Shown: piece after piece, positions 1 through 9,637 of the stretch
Numbering within the stretch: position 1 is the first letter of the stretch
How the letters are laid out: the number at the start of each line of letters is the position of its first letter
DNA from: Porticoccaceae bacterium
GTDB lineage: Bacteria; Pseudomonadota; Gammaproteobacteria; Pseudomonadales; Porticoccaceae
Reading direction: 5' to 3'
DNA length: 64,000 nt
Assembly: GCA_024644595.1 (NCBI GenBank)
Contig: JAHEHL010000002.1
Location: 15,741-79,740, forward strand
Notes under the pieces: model-generated
The model's input: only the letters and a program-made list of their open reading frames with translations
Database searches by the model: none
Told to the model about the DNA's origin: nothing
Made by a program: the position numbers and the translations under genes

Positions 1-951
1 GGTGTTAATGCTGACCACAATCATCACCACCGCAATCACGGCATTAACCGCCAGATACCTGGTATCGGCAATGTAGTTCATCAACACGGCGCCGACCAGG
101 CGACCAATCATCGCTGCGCCCCAATAATAGGCCACCATTTCACCGGCATCTTCCACGCTCAAGCCAGCAATCGAACTCTCAGAGAAATAGTTAACCAAGA
201 AGCTGCCAATGGATACCTCACCGCCCACATAGAGGAAGATCGCCAGCGCACCCAGCACCAGATGGCGGTGGCTCCAGACCGACTCACTATTGTCGTCAGT
301 GTTTTCGACATGAGCCAGAACCGGCAATTTAATGCTGCGGAAAACCAAAGCCGCAGCAACCAACATACCGGCGATCATCAGATAGGGGCCCTGCACCGCT
401 GAGGCATCTGCTGCTACCACACCAAGAATCAGTGCAGCACCGATAATCGGCCCAACGGTCGTGCCCAGGGAGTTAGCAGCCTGCGCCAGATTGAGGCGAC
501 TGGCCGCTGTTTTCTCTGGTCCCAGTGCCGCAACGTAGGGGTTTGCAGCAACCTGAAGAATGGTGATACCACTGGCGAGCACAAAGAAGCCCAACAGAAA
601 CAGTGCATAGAGATGCAGACTGGCTGACGGGTAAAAAAGACAGCACCCGGCTGCAGTGGTCAACAGACCAATCACAATACCCTGCTGATAGCCGACTTTA
701 TCAATCAATCTGCCGGCAAAGGGCGAAACAATAAAGTAGGCGCCAAAGAAGCAAAACTGCACCAGCATCGCCTGAGTGTAATTGAGATCAAATGACTCCT
801 TTAGAAAGGGAATCAAAATATCGTTAAGAACGGTAATAAAACCCCAAAAGAAAAACAGGCAGGTCATCGCGATAAACGCAAATGTCTGCTTGCCTTGAGC
901 CTGACCCTCTACAACTGTTGCCGACGAACCATCGGCTGATGAACCTGCCAT
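1..951 (-). CDS. MFS sugar transporter, glucose/galactose (GluP/FucP-like) family; partial, C-terminus lies beyond the left window edge
   Basis: Absent from the ORF track because no stop lies in the window. Minus-strand ATG at 951-949. My own translation, MAGSSADGSSATVVEGQAQGKQTFAFIAMTCLFFFWGFITVLNDILIPFLKESFDLNYTQAMLVQFCFFGAYF..., stays open to position 1. The FWGFIT-LNDILIP-LK motif and hydrophobic periodicity are typical of this MFS family. Confidence 0.75.
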   Translation of the reverse strand, partial: MAGSSADGSSATVVEGQAQGKQTFAFIAMTCLFFFWGFITVLNDILIPFLKESFDLNYTQAMLVQFCFFGAYFIVSPFAGRLIDKVGYQQGIVIGLLTTAAGCCLFYPSASLHLYALFLLGFFVLASGITILQVAANPYVAALGPEKTAASRLNLAQAANSLGTTVGPIIGAALILGVVAADASAVQGPYLMIAGMLVAAALVFRSIKLPVLAHVENTDDNSESVWSHRHLVLGALAIFLYVGGEVSIGSFLVNYFSESSIAGLSVEDAGEMVAYYWGAAMIGRLVGAVLMNYIADTRYLAVNAVIAVVMIVVSINT

Positions 952-1068
952 GTGACCCCCTCTCTCAAAAAGTAGTAATACAGATTTATTGTTATTCGAT
1001 ACTTGCTCAAAGCAGCTTATGTCGCGGCACTCAGATGTTCAATCATTATTCGGTGAATGGGGCGCTCT

Positions 1069-1647
1069 CTACGATCGTGCGTTAAATGCCACCCAATCCT
1101 CTGGGCTATCGATATCCATCGCCGCGCAAGGTAAATCGAGTTGTAGCACCGCCTTACCAGGCTGGTTAAGCAAGGTTTTAGCGCCACTATCACCACTCAG
1201 TGCTGCAAGATGGGGGAACAGGCTTTTCGGAAACAGCGCCGGCACACCGCACTTGCCCGCATAATACGCCGCTACTGTGCGCTCACCATCAAAGGCGCCG
1301 ACCAACTTATCTAAATCGTCGCGATCCACCTCAGCCTGGTCCGCAAGAAGAATTAACACGCCGGCATAATCCTGCTCGAGACTGCGCACACCGGCAGCAA
1401 TTGATGAGCCCAGCCCTGAGCGCCAATCGCGGTTTAAAACAATCCTGGAAGCGGACACAGTTGGCTGAATGTGATCATGGTTAGCACCGAGAACCACATA
1501 GACATGGCCAGGGGAAACGGCATTAGCGCGATCAATACAGTGTTGCAGTAGCGACTTACCGTTGTGTACCAATAACTGCTTGGCCGAGCCAAAACGGGTG
1601 GCTGCGCCGGCAGCGAGAATCAAAATGGCGATTTTATCTGTCATCTT
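1069..1647 (-). CDS. MobA-like nucleotidyltransferase, probable molybdenum cofactor cytidylyltransferase (MocA-like)
   Basis: ORF 1069..1698, trimmed to the internal ATG (MTDKIAILILAAGAATRFGSAKQLL, an NTP-transferase N-terminal motif) so it no longer overlaps the upstream stop at 1673. It is the last gene of the Mo-hydroxylase cluster. Confidence 0.8.
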   Translation of the reverse strand, partial: KMTDKIAILILAAGAATRFGSAKQLLVHNGKSLLQHCIDRANAVSPGHVYVVLGANHDHIQPTVSASRIVLNRDWRSGLGSSIAAGVRSLEQDYAGVLILLADQAEVDRDDLDKLVGAFDGERTVAAYYAGKCGVPALFPKSLFPHLAALSGDSGAKTLLNQPGKAVLQLDLPCAAMDIDSPEDWVAFNARS

Positions 1648-1672
1648 GTCTGCCCGCTTGCCCGCTCGCTCA

Positions 1673-2695
1673 TTAGCACAGGGACTCAACGCTGCCATGA
1701 ATCACCCCACTCAAGGAGGCTGCGCTGGCACCGCGCAAGACAGCCTGGCATTCAGCCAAAATAGACAGTGCAATGCCCTCAGGGAGATCGGCACCTAAAT
1801 CGAGTCCGGCGGGCCCGGCAAGCGGAATGCTTAACCGCTGACGTGTCAGCTGCGCCAATTCCAAGACTTTTTGCAGACGAGATCGCGGGCCCAACAGCGC
1901 CAGATATTTAAGCGATGAGCCCTGTAAGACCTTGATTGCTTGAGCATCCAGCTCCAGGTTGTGACACATCACTACCGCCGCATCCCAGTGTGTCGCGAAC
2001 TTATCCTCAAGCAGTTGGTGAAGCGGCTGACGCAAAATGTGGTCAACCGAAAGAAAGTAATCCCGTCGCGCATTGGCCGGTCGTGAATCCCAAAGACTCA
2101 GCGTCCAACCCAGATTTTTTGCCAACGCCGCGAGGGGCTGCGCATCGACACCGCCGCCGACAATCAGCAGATGTGGTGGTGGAGATAACGACGTTTGCAA
2201 CCAGCTCTGGCCGTCCTCTTCAATTAAATCAACGGTGCCGCGCTGACCTGTGGCCGCAGACCATTTCGTAGCAACGGCACCATCGCTGGCAATGAGCTGT
2301 TGATATTGCCCGACACCACCAGCAATCAAGTGGTTATAAACCTGACTCAGATGCAGGTAGTCGAGCTCCGCCAAAATCGGCTGCAGCAGAATATCCACGG
2401 TGCCACCGCAGCCAATCCCGAGCTGAAACGCGATATCGTCTTCATCGCTGCCATCGTATCTCAGGGTCAGGGAATTTTTGTGCTGCATAACACGCGCCGC
2501 CTGACGCTGGATATCAGCCTCCAGACATCCGCCACTCAGCAGACCAAACTGCTGGCCGAGATCATTAAACAGCATCATCGCGCCGGCTTTGCGATAACAG
2601 GGGCCCACGGTTTGATACACCGTACCCAATACCCAGAGGTGTTTGTCTCGGAGCGGATACCAGTGCTGCAAAAGCTGCATCAAATGACTATTCAT
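1673..2695 (-). CDS. XdhC/CoxI family molybdenum-hydroxylase accessory (cofactor insertion) protein
   Basis: 340-aa ORF. N-terminal XdhC domain (LLSGGCLE) plus a Rossmann-like C-terminal half (HLLIVGGGVDAQPLA). Lies directly downstream of the hydroxylase subunits. Confidence 0.8.
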   Translation of the reverse strand: MNSHLMQLLQHWYPLRDKHLWVLGTVYQTVGPCYRKAGAMMLFNDLGQQFGLLSGGCLEADIQRQAARVMQHKNSLTLRYDGSDEDDIAFQLGIGCGGTVDILLQPILAELDYLHLSQVYNHLIAGGVGQYQQLIASDGAVATKWSAATGQRGTVDLIEEDGQSWLQTSLSPPPHLLIVGGGVDAQPLAALAKNLGWTLSLWDSRPANARRDYFLSVDHILRQPLHQLLEDKFATHWDAAVVMCHNLELDAQAIKVLQGSSLKYLALLGPRSRLQKVLELAQLTRQRLSIPLAGPAGLDLGADLPEGIALSILAECQAVLRGASAASLSGVIHGSVESLC

Positions 2696-2728
2696 AGCGC
2701 TAAAACCAACCGCCCGATGACTGTTTAA

Positions 2729-4933
2729 TTAACTCAATCGCAGAGGCAAATGACGCAGACGCTGACCAGTGGCCTTGAACACCGCATTGGCAACAGCCGG
2801 TGCCAAAGGCGGCAGACCGGGCTCACCCACGCCTTCGGGATGTTCCTGACTCGCGACAATATGCACATCCACTGCCGGCGTCTCGGCCATGCGCAGCATC
2901 GGGTAATTATGGAAATTACTCTGCTCCACCACACCCTCTTTAAGCGTGATCTCGCCGTACAGAGCTGCCGTGAGGCCATAGATGATGCCGCCCTCTACCG
3001 CATCGCGGACAATCCCGGGGTTGACCACCGTACCGCAATCAATCGCAGCGGTGACTCGGTGCACAATAATCTTGTCGCCTTCAACAGAGACCTCGGCAAT
3101 CTGCGCCACAGCCGAGCCAAATGAGCTGTGCACGGCCAGCCCGTGGAAATGGCCCGCCGCCAACGGCTTGCCCCAGCCGGCTTTTTCAGCAACCAGTTGA
3201 GTCGCGTTTTTCAGGCGCGGATTGTTTTGCAGATTGGCCAGACGAAACGCGAGTTCATCGATACCGGCACGCTGTGCCAACTCGTCAATAAAGCACTCTT
3301 TAAAAAACGCATTCGACGAATTACCGACCGCACGCCAAAAACCGGTACGCAATCCCGGGTCTCGGGGGATATGCCGCACCTCTTTATTGGGCGTGTCGTA
3401 ATCGTTATAGATACCGTCGCCAGCGCTGGGGTCTGCCTTAAAACGTTTAAATACCGAGTAGCCAAACTTACTCAACCAATCGACAAAACCTTTGTTCAGA
3501 TAGTCCGGTGCAAGCACATCAACCCACTGATCGAGAACATGATCCATAATATTGGGCCCTACACGGCGAACCGACCAGGTCTCGATAATGCCCTGATCTG
3601 AGACTCCAGCCTGCATTCGCACCAGTGCCGGCGGCCGGTAGAAGTCGTTGCGCATATCATCCTCACGACTCCAGACCACCTGAATATTGCGTCCGGTCTT
3701 GCGCGCGATCTCGACTGCCTCCGCGACATCATCGCCGAGACCACGGCGACCGAAACCACCACCGAGAAAGGCTGGATGCATTTTCACTTTGTCGGCATCA
3801 AAATCACCGTAATAAACCGCCGCACCGGCAGACGCCTGAACCGACTGAGTGCCGACATAAACCGCACAGGAATCACCGTCAATCTCAACCGTGCAGTTGA
3901 GTGGCTCCATCGTCGCATGCGCCAAATAGGGCGCAAAGTAATCAGCGCTCACCCTGTGTTCGGCTTGATCGAGCAGCTTGTCGCCCTCGCCTTCCAAACA
4001 ACATTCCAACCCTTTTTCCGATGCATCGTTGAGTGTCTCAACAAACTCTTGGTAGAGGCTATCCGATGACCAGCCAGCCAACTCGGTCTGAGTCCAATTC
4101 ACCTCAATCGACTCAGCCGCCTTGCGCGCTCGCCAATAGCTGTCAGCTACCACGGCGACACCATGGCGTAATTCAATCACATCCACCACACCAGCTTGCT
4201 GCAACGCGGCCGTGCCATCAAACCGCTGCACCGCGGCTCCAACAACTGGCGCTCTCACCACCACGGCGCGATACAGGTTCTCCACCTCAGCATCGATACC
4301 AAAAATTGCTGTGCCGGTAGACTTGGCCAGCGCATCGAGTCGCGGTCGCTCACGACCAATCTGGTCAAATTGCTGCGGGCTTCGCAGCGGCGAATTTTCC
4401 GGCACCGGCAATGCCGCCGCCAGCGCAACAAATTCACTGTAGGCATAGCGCTGACCATCAGCCAGCACCTGACCATCGGCCAACAGCAATTTATCGACAG
4501 GTTGATTGAGCTGTTGCGCCGCCGCGTTGCGAATCGCCGCGGCGGCATCTGCTGCAGCCTGTCGAATTGGCAAAAACTGGGCGCGAGTCGCATTGCTGCC
4601 GCCCGTGGCCTGCATTTTCATTTCCGGATTCTTGTAATCCTCGTGCAGACTGGCATGACGCACCTCAATCAACTCAGGACTGACGCGCAACTCCTCGGCG
4701 ATCAGAGTGCTCAAACCATCGAGAATGCCCTGCCCCATCTCACTGCTGGGGAGATAAAAAATAACCTGATTGTCAGACGTAATCTGGATAAACGAATTGG
4801 GTTCAAATGCCCCAACCACCGGCGCGTAACCCACCGACTTTGCATGGCTGGTGGAGCACCCGACAATCAAGCCACTGGCGACCGCTCCGGTGGTAAGCAA
4901 AAAACGCCTGCGCGTAAGTGAGCGTGTATTCAT
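2729..4933 (-). CDS. Molybdopterin-binding large subunit of an aldehyde-oxidase/xanthine-dehydrogenase family enzyme (IorB-type)
   Basis: 734-aa ORF. N-terminus MNTRSLTRRRFLLTTGAVASGLIVGCS carries a twin-arginine motif plus a lipobox-like IVGC. Overlaps the small-subunit stop by 4 nt (4930-4933), suggesting translational coupling. Confidence 0.85.
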   Translation of the reverse strand: MNTRSLTRRRFLLTTGAVASGLIVGCSTSHAKSVGYAPVVGAFEPNSFIQITSDNQVIFYLPSSEMGQGILDGLSTLIAEELRVSPELIEVRHASLHEDYKNPEMKMQATGGSNATRAQFLPIRQAAADAAAAIRNAAAQQLNQPVDKLLLADGQVLADGQRYAYSEFVALAAALPVPENSPLRSPQQFDQIGRERPRLDALAKSTGTAIFGIDAEVENLYRAVVVRAPVVGAAVQRFDGTAALQQAGVVDVIELRHGVAVVADSYWRARKAAESIEVNWTQTELAGWSSDSLYQEFVETLNDASEKGLECCLEGEGDKLLDQAEHRVSADYFAPYLAHATMEPLNCTVEIDGDSCAVYVGTQSVQASAGAAVYYGDFDADKVKMHPAFLGGGFGRRGLGDDVAEAVEIARKTGRNIQVVWSREDDMRNDFYRPPALVRMQAGVSDQGIIETWSVRRVGPNIMDHVLDQWVDVLAPDYLNKGFVDWLSKFGYSVFKRFKADPSAGDGIYNDYDTPNKEVRHIPRDPGLRTGFWRAVGNSSNAFFKECFIDELAQRAGIDELAFRLANLQNNPRLKNATQLVAEKAGWGKPLAAGHFHGLAVHSSFGSAVAQIAEVSVEGDKIIVHRVTAAIDCGTVVNPGIVRDAVEGGIIYGLTAALYGEITLKEGVVEQSNFHNYPMLRMAETPAVDVHIVASQEHPEGVGEPGLPPLAPAVANAVFKATGQRLRHLPLRLS

Positions 4934-5451
4934 GACTCAACCCCCCTATTGGCGGGATCAAAGCTCTGCACAGCTGACTCCGCAAGAGCCCCTGAACGCA
5001 TCGCGGCAGCGCTTGATTTAATAGCTGCCTTAATTTTTCCGTAGGTACCACAACGACAGATATTGCCATCCATCGCAGCGTGAATCTCATCATCTGAGGG
5101 GTTGGGGTTTTTGCTCAGCAGCGCGCTGGCCGACATCAACTGACCAGACTGGCAGTAGCCACACTGGGGAACACTGTGCTCAACCCAGGCCTGTTGCAGG
5201 GGATGCATATTATTCGGCGTGCCGAGACCTTCGATGGTAGTGATAGCCGCGCCTTGAACAGCAGAGACAGGCAGAGTGCAGGTACGCAGCGCCTCACCAT
5301 TCACATGCATGGTGCAGGCCCCACAGAGACCCATGCCACAGCCGAATTTGCTGCCTTTAAGTTTAAAGTGATCGCGCACCACCCAGAGCAGAGGCGTGTC
5401 GGGGTCGAGGTCAAACGCCACAGCGCGGTTATTTAATTGGAAAGTAATCAT
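4930..5451 (-). CDS. (2Fe-2S)-binding small subunit of the Mo-hydroxylase (IorA-type)
   Basis: 173-aa ORF with both cluster motifs, CGMGLCGACTMHVNG and CGYCQSGQ. No signal peptide of its own. Confidence 0.9.
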   Translation of the reverse strand: MITFQLNNRAVAFDLDPDTPLLWVVRDHFKLKGSKFGCGMGLCGACTMHVNGEALRTCTLPVSAVQGAAITTIEGLGTPNNMHPLQQAWVEHSVPQCGYCQSGQLMSASALLSKNPNPSDDEIHAAMDGNICRCGTYGKIKAAIKSSAAAMRSGALAESAVQSFDPANRGVES

Positions 5452-5573
5452 TGCGAAACCGGATTTTTATTATTTGTCACAGAGTGCAGAACAATCCGGA
5501 AAACTTCAAGCGCGACACGGCGACAACCGTGACCGGCGGGAATCAACAATGGCGTTGTTCGACTGCGCGCAGA

Positions 5574-6191
5574 CTAGCCTTTGAGCATCGACTTCATCGC
5601 CTGCTTGAGCGCATTGTGCAGCGTGCGTATCTGCTGCAGATCGTCGGGATTGGTCATCCAGTGATAAACAATACCGCTGACCGACGTCGTGAAGTGATCG
5701 GCAAGCAGCTCCGCATCGACCGTGGATGGAACGTCCCCGGCACTGATGGCCTCAGCGATCCAACCCAACACATCGGCGCGGCGACGGCGGTGAATTCCCA
5801 GAATCACATTTCGCAACGCGGAGTCAGGGGCCAGAGAATCAAACCACAACCGATAGAACGCTTCGACATGAATCGGGGCATCTTCACAAAAAGCCAGGTG
5901 AGCATCCAGCGCCGCGGCAATGGCTTCATAGCCGCGCTTATTGTTGGTCACCGATGTCAACTCAGCCAGCCAGTCTTCTCCCACCGAGCGCAGCACAAAA
6001 TCAAACAGCCCGGCCTTGTTGCCAAATCGGTAACCCGCCAGTCCACGGGAATAGCCCGCCTTCTCGCCCACGTCTTTCAGCGTAAGTTGACCCGCGCCAT
6101 TTTCCACAATCAACGCAACCGCCGCCTCAAGCATCTTGGCATCGGAAATTTCTTTGCGCTCAATCTGGGTCAAACGCAGGGTTTTAGCCAT
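5574..6191 (-). CDS. TetR/AcrR family transcriptional regulator
   Basis: 205-aa ORF with an N-terminal HTH (LTLKDVGEKAGYSRGLAGYRFGNKAGLF). Starts 36 nt downstream of the icmF stop on the same strand. Confidence 0.85.
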   Translation of the reverse strand: MAKTLRLTQIERKEISDAKMLEAAVALIVENGAGQLTLKDVGEKAGYSRGLAGYRFGNKAGLFDFVLRSVGEDWLAELTSVTNNKRGYEAIAAALDAHLAFCEDAPIHVEAFYRLWFDSLAPDSALRNVILGIHRRRRADVLGWIAEAISAGDVPSTVDAELLADHFTTSVSGIVYHWMTNPDDLQQIRTLHNALKQAMKSMLKG

Positions 6192-6226
6192 TGGGATTAT
6201 CCTGTTTTGTTAACTCACCAGCCCGG

Positions 6227-9200
6227 TTACATGGACCGCCGATACTGGCCGCCGACCTCAAACAAGGCATTAGTAATCTGCCCCAGCGAACAACAGCGCA
6301 CCGCTTCCATCAACACCTCAAAACCATTGCCACCCTCTTTGACGGTGTCCTGAAGGCGCTTGAGGATTGCCGCAGACTCATCGCCATGGGTCGCCTGGAA
6401 CGCGCGAAGACGTTTGATCTGACTCTGCTTTTCCGTTTCAGTGGAGCGCGCCAGCTCAATGTCCACCGACTCGGGGTCAGCGTCGCTAAGGAAGGTATTG
6501 ACGCCGACAATGGGCAGCGAGCCATCGTGCTTTTTGTGTTCGTAAAAAAGTGATTCTTCCTGAATCTTACCACGCTGATAACCGGTTTCCATCGCACCAA
6601 GCACACCGCCGCGATCGGAGATTTTCTCAAACTCCTGCAGCACTGCCTCTTCAACCAAGTCAGTCAGCTCATCGATCACAAAGGCGCCCTGATTGGGGTT
6701 TTCATTTTTTGCCAGACCCCACTCCTGATTAATAATAAGCTGAATCGCCAGCGCCCGGCGAACCGACTCCTCGGTAGGAGTGGTAATCGCTTCATCATAG
6801 GCGTTGGTGTGCAAGCTGTTGCAATTATCGTAGATCGCAATCAGCGCCTGCAACGTGGTGCGGATATCATTAAAGTTCATCTCCTGGGCATGCAGGGAGC
6901 GACCCGAAGTCTGAATATGGTATTTCAGTTTCTGGCTGCGCGAGTTGGCGCCATAGCGATCACGCATAGCCACAGCCCAGATGCGCCGAGCGACACGGCC
7001 CATCACTGTGTACTCTGGATCCATACCATTGGAGAAAAAGAACGATAGGTTCGGTGCAAAATCATCGATGCGCATACCTCGCGCTAAATAAGCTTCCACA
7101 AAGGTAAAACCATTGGAGAGGGTAAAGGCCAACTGCGAGATCGGGTTAGCGCCTGCCTCGGCGATATGATAGCCAGAGATCGACACCGAATAGAAATTGC
7201 GAATCTGTTGATCGATAAAATACTGCTGCATATCACCCATCATGCGCAGGCTGAACTCAGTCGAAAAAATACAGGTGTTCTGGCCCTGATCTTCCTTGAG
7301 AATATCCGCCTGAACGGTGCCGCGCACCCGCTGTAAGGTATTGCTGCGCAGGCTATGGTATTCATCGGCACTGGGCTGGCGACTGTGTTCAGCAACAAAC
7401 TGCTCAAGCTGCTGATCAATAGCGGTATTCAGGAACATCGCCAAAATAGTCGGCGCCGGGCCATTAATCGTCATCGATACAGAGGTGCTGGGATGACAGA
7501 GATCAAAACCGTCGTACAGCGCCTTCATATCATCCAGCGTACAGATCGACACCCCGGCATTGCCGACCTTGCCGTAAATATCCGGCCGCTCGTCGGGATC
7601 AAAACCATACAGCGTGACCGAATCAAAGGCAGTAGATAAACGCTTGGCAGGAGAGTGCTCGGAGAGCGCTTTAAAGCGGCGGTTGGTTTTAAAGGCATCG
7701 CCCTCGCCGGCAAACATACGCGCCGGATCTTCGCCTTCACGCTTAAACGGAAACACCCCCGCAGTGTAGGGAAACTCGCCCGGTAAATTGTCACGCATCA
7801 GCCACTTGAGCAGTTCGCCGTGATCCTCAAAGCGCGGCAACGACACCCGCGGAATTTTATTGCCCGACAGCGACACGCTGTTTAATTTGGTGACAACCTG
7901 TTTGCCATTCGGCAGCAGGTCAATTTTTTCATCGCCAGAATAGGCTTCTACCACAGCAGGCCAATTGTCGAGCAGCGTGCTGGCCTTGCTGTCCATGGCC
8001 TGTCTGCGTTCAGCAATCAATACATCGATCGTTTGCGGCGCATCGCTGCCGTTCTCCAATAACATCGCTTTGGTTGCCGCCAGCTGCTGCTGTTGGCGAG
8101 CCAGTTTTGCCTGCTGTTCAACCTGCTGATGATAACCGCGCTGAGTGGCGGCGATCTCGGCCAGATAGCGCTGACGATCGGCCGGCACAACCACGGTTTT
8201 TTCCGATGGTGTACGGCGATCCACTTTTGCCAGATGCTGTTCAAAGCTACGCAGACCACGGGCCTGCAAGAGGTTCAGCAGCTCCTGATACGCAGCCGTC
8301 ACGCCATCATCGTTAAAGCGCGAAGCGATGGTGCCAAACACCGGCATCTGCTCCGGATTTTGATCCCATGCCTCGCGATTGCGCTGCACCTGTTTACAGA
8401 CATCACGATAGGCATCATCACTGCCCTTACGGTCAAACTTATTGATAATCGCCAGTTCGGCATAATCGAGCATATCGATTTTTTCCAGCTGGCTCTGGGC
8501 ACCAAACTCTGGTGTCATCACATAGATTGGCACATCCACATAAGGCACGATGCCGGCATCGCCCTGACCAATACCCGGCGTTTCAACCACCACCAAATCA
8601 AAATCACCAAGGCGCAGTGCGCAGACAATATCTTTCAGCGCCGCCGGCACTTCACCGGTGGCACCGCGGGTGCCGATTGAACGCATATAAATAGATGGGT
8701 GATAGATTGCATTCATGCGAATCCGATCACCGAGCAGTGCGCCGCCGGTTTTACGCCGAGTCGGGTCGATCGCCAGCACCGCAATCTTGAGCTGGTCGGC
8801 ACTGTCCTGTCGGAAGCGACGAATCATCTCATCGGTTAGTGACGACTTACCTGCACCACCGGTGCCGGTAATACCCAGAACCGGCACCATGGCACTGAGA
8901 AATTGAGCCTGTTCGCGAAGCGATTTCTGCTGTTCTTCATTGAGTTCATCACGCTCAATCGCCGTGATTAAACGGGACAGGTTTTTGCGTCCGGCAGCAC
9001 CTGAGAGCGCATCGGCATTAACCTTGATGTCACTGTAGGTACCCAGCGAACAGCGCGCGATCATATCCTCGATCATCCCAACCAAACCGAGATTTTGCCC
9101 GTCGTAGGGCGAGTAAATACGCTCGACACCGTATGCCTCAAGCTCCTTGATCTCAGCCGGCACAATCACCCCACCGCCACCGCCAAAGATTTTTATATGC

Positions 9201-9508
9201 TCGGCACCGGCCTCTTTTAACAGATCAACCGCATACTTAAAGTACTCGACATGGCCGCCCTGATAGGAGCTGATGGCGATGCCCTGGGCATCTTCCTGCA
9301 GGGCAGTTTCCACCACCTCAGCCACCGAGCGATTGTGCGCCAGATGGATAACCTCAACCCCGGCGCCCTGAAGAATGCGGCGCATAATATTGATTGCTGC
9401 ATCGTGGCCATCAAACAGGCTGGCAGCGGTAACAAAACGCAGAGGAATGCCCTTTTTTTGCTCAGGATTGGCCGGTGAGGCGGTATTTGGAACGGCTGAG
9501 ATACTCAT
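6227..9508 (-). CDS. icmF: Fused isobutyryl-CoA mutase (B12-binding domain, MeaB-like G-protein and mutase barrel)
   Basis: 1093-aa ORF. N-terminal B12-binding region ([13 protein letters not shown]), central P-loop GTPase ([13 protein letters not shown]) and a C-terminal methylmalonyl-CoA-mutase-like catalytic domain. This three-part architecture is diagnostic for IcmF. Confidence 0.9.
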   Translation of the reverse strand: MSISAVPNTASPANPEQKKGIPLRFVTAASLFDGHDAAINIMRRILQGAGVEVIHLAHNRSVAEVVETALQEDAQGIAISSYQGGHVEYFKYAVDLLKEAGAEHIKIFGGGGGVIVPAEIKELEAYGVERIYSPYDGQNLGLVGMIEDMIARCSLGTYSDIKVNADALSGAAGRKNLSRLITAIERDELNEEQQKSLREQAQFLSAMVPVLGITGTGGAGKSSLTDEMIRRFRQDSADQLKIAVLAIDPTRRKTGGALLGDRIRMNAIYHPSIYMRSIGTRGATGEVPAALKDIVCALRLGDFDLVVVETPGIGQGDAGIVPYVDVPIYVMTPEFGAQSQLEKIDMLDYAELAIINKFDRKGSDDAYRDVCKQVQRNREAWDQNPEQMPVFGTIASRFNDDGVTAAYQELLNLLQARGLRSFEQHLAKVDRRTPSEKTVVVPADRQRYLAEIAATQRGYHQQVEQQAKLARQQQQLAATKAMLLENGSDAPQTIDVLIAERRQAMDSKASTLLDNWPAVVEAYSGDEKIDLLPNGKQVVTKLNSVSLSGNKIPRVSLPRFEDHGELLKWLMRDNLPGEFPYTAGVFPFKREGEDPARMFAGEGDAFKTNRRFKALSEHSPAKRLSTAFDSVTLYGFDPDERPDIYGKVGNAGVSICTLDDMKALYDGFDLCHPSTSVSMTINGPAPTILAMFLNTAIDQQLEQFVAEHSRQPSADEYHSLRSNTLQRVRGTVQADILKEDQGQNTCIFSTEFSLRMMGDMQQYFIDQQIRNFYSVSISGYHIAEAGANPISQLAFTLSNGFTFVEAYLARGMRIDDFAPNLSFFFSNGMDPEYTVMGRVARRIWAVAMRDRYGANSRSQKLKYHIQTSGRSLHAQEMNFNDIRTTLQALIAIYDNCNSLHTNAYDEAITTPTEESVRRALAIQLIINQEWGLAKNENPNQGAFVIDELTDLVEEAVLQEFEKISDRGGVLGAMETGYQRGKIQEESLFYEHKKHDGSLPIVGVNTFLSDADPESVDIELARSTETEKQSQIKRLRAFQATHGDESAAILKRLQDTVKEGGNGFEVLMEAVRCCSLGQITNALFEVGGQYRRSM

Positions 9509-9550
9509 AATATTGACTCATTAGCGAAGTAATACGGCGAGTTTAATAAT

Positions 9551-9573
9551 CTTGCTTGTTACATGCAAGTAAG
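9551..9573. promoter_or_regulatory. Imperfect inverted repeat upstream of icmF, candidate TetR-type operator
   Basis: CTTGCTTG-N7-CAAGTAAG, with 7 of 8 arm positions complementary, about 43 bp upstream of the icmF start codon. Function is inferred only. Confidence 0.3.
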
Positions 9574-9575
9574 TT

Positions 9576-9604
9576 AAATAAAAAACAATCCCGCAACTGC
9601 GGGC
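9576..9604 (-). terminator. Rho-independent terminator after the Hsp70-like gene
   Basis: The minus strand reads CCCGC-AGTT-GCGGG followed by ATTGTTTTTTATTT, about 35 nt after the stop at 9638. Confidence 0.6.
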
Positions 9605-9637
9605 ACTGCGAGCCTGCTTGACGGGTCGCTGAATAAT

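Noticed and set aside
4196-4921. 241-aa plus-strand ORF inside the Mo-hydroxylase large-subunit gene. Similar antisense ORFs lie at 3128-3601, 8093-8680, 23866-24444, 34780-35424, 38369-38989, 49735-50340 and 62048-62551.
   Set aside because: All lie antisense to, or out of frame with, strongly supported genes (iorB-like, icmF, the ABC exporter, infB, nusA, ftsH, lptA). Their compositionally biased translations lack motifs.
5451-6353. 300-aa plus-strand ORF overlapping the TetR gene and the icmF 3' end
   Set aside because: It lies antisense to two ORFs with clear family motifs. Its translation is Arg/Gln/His-rich and low in information, with no recognisable motif. This is a typical shadow ORF in GC3-rich genes.
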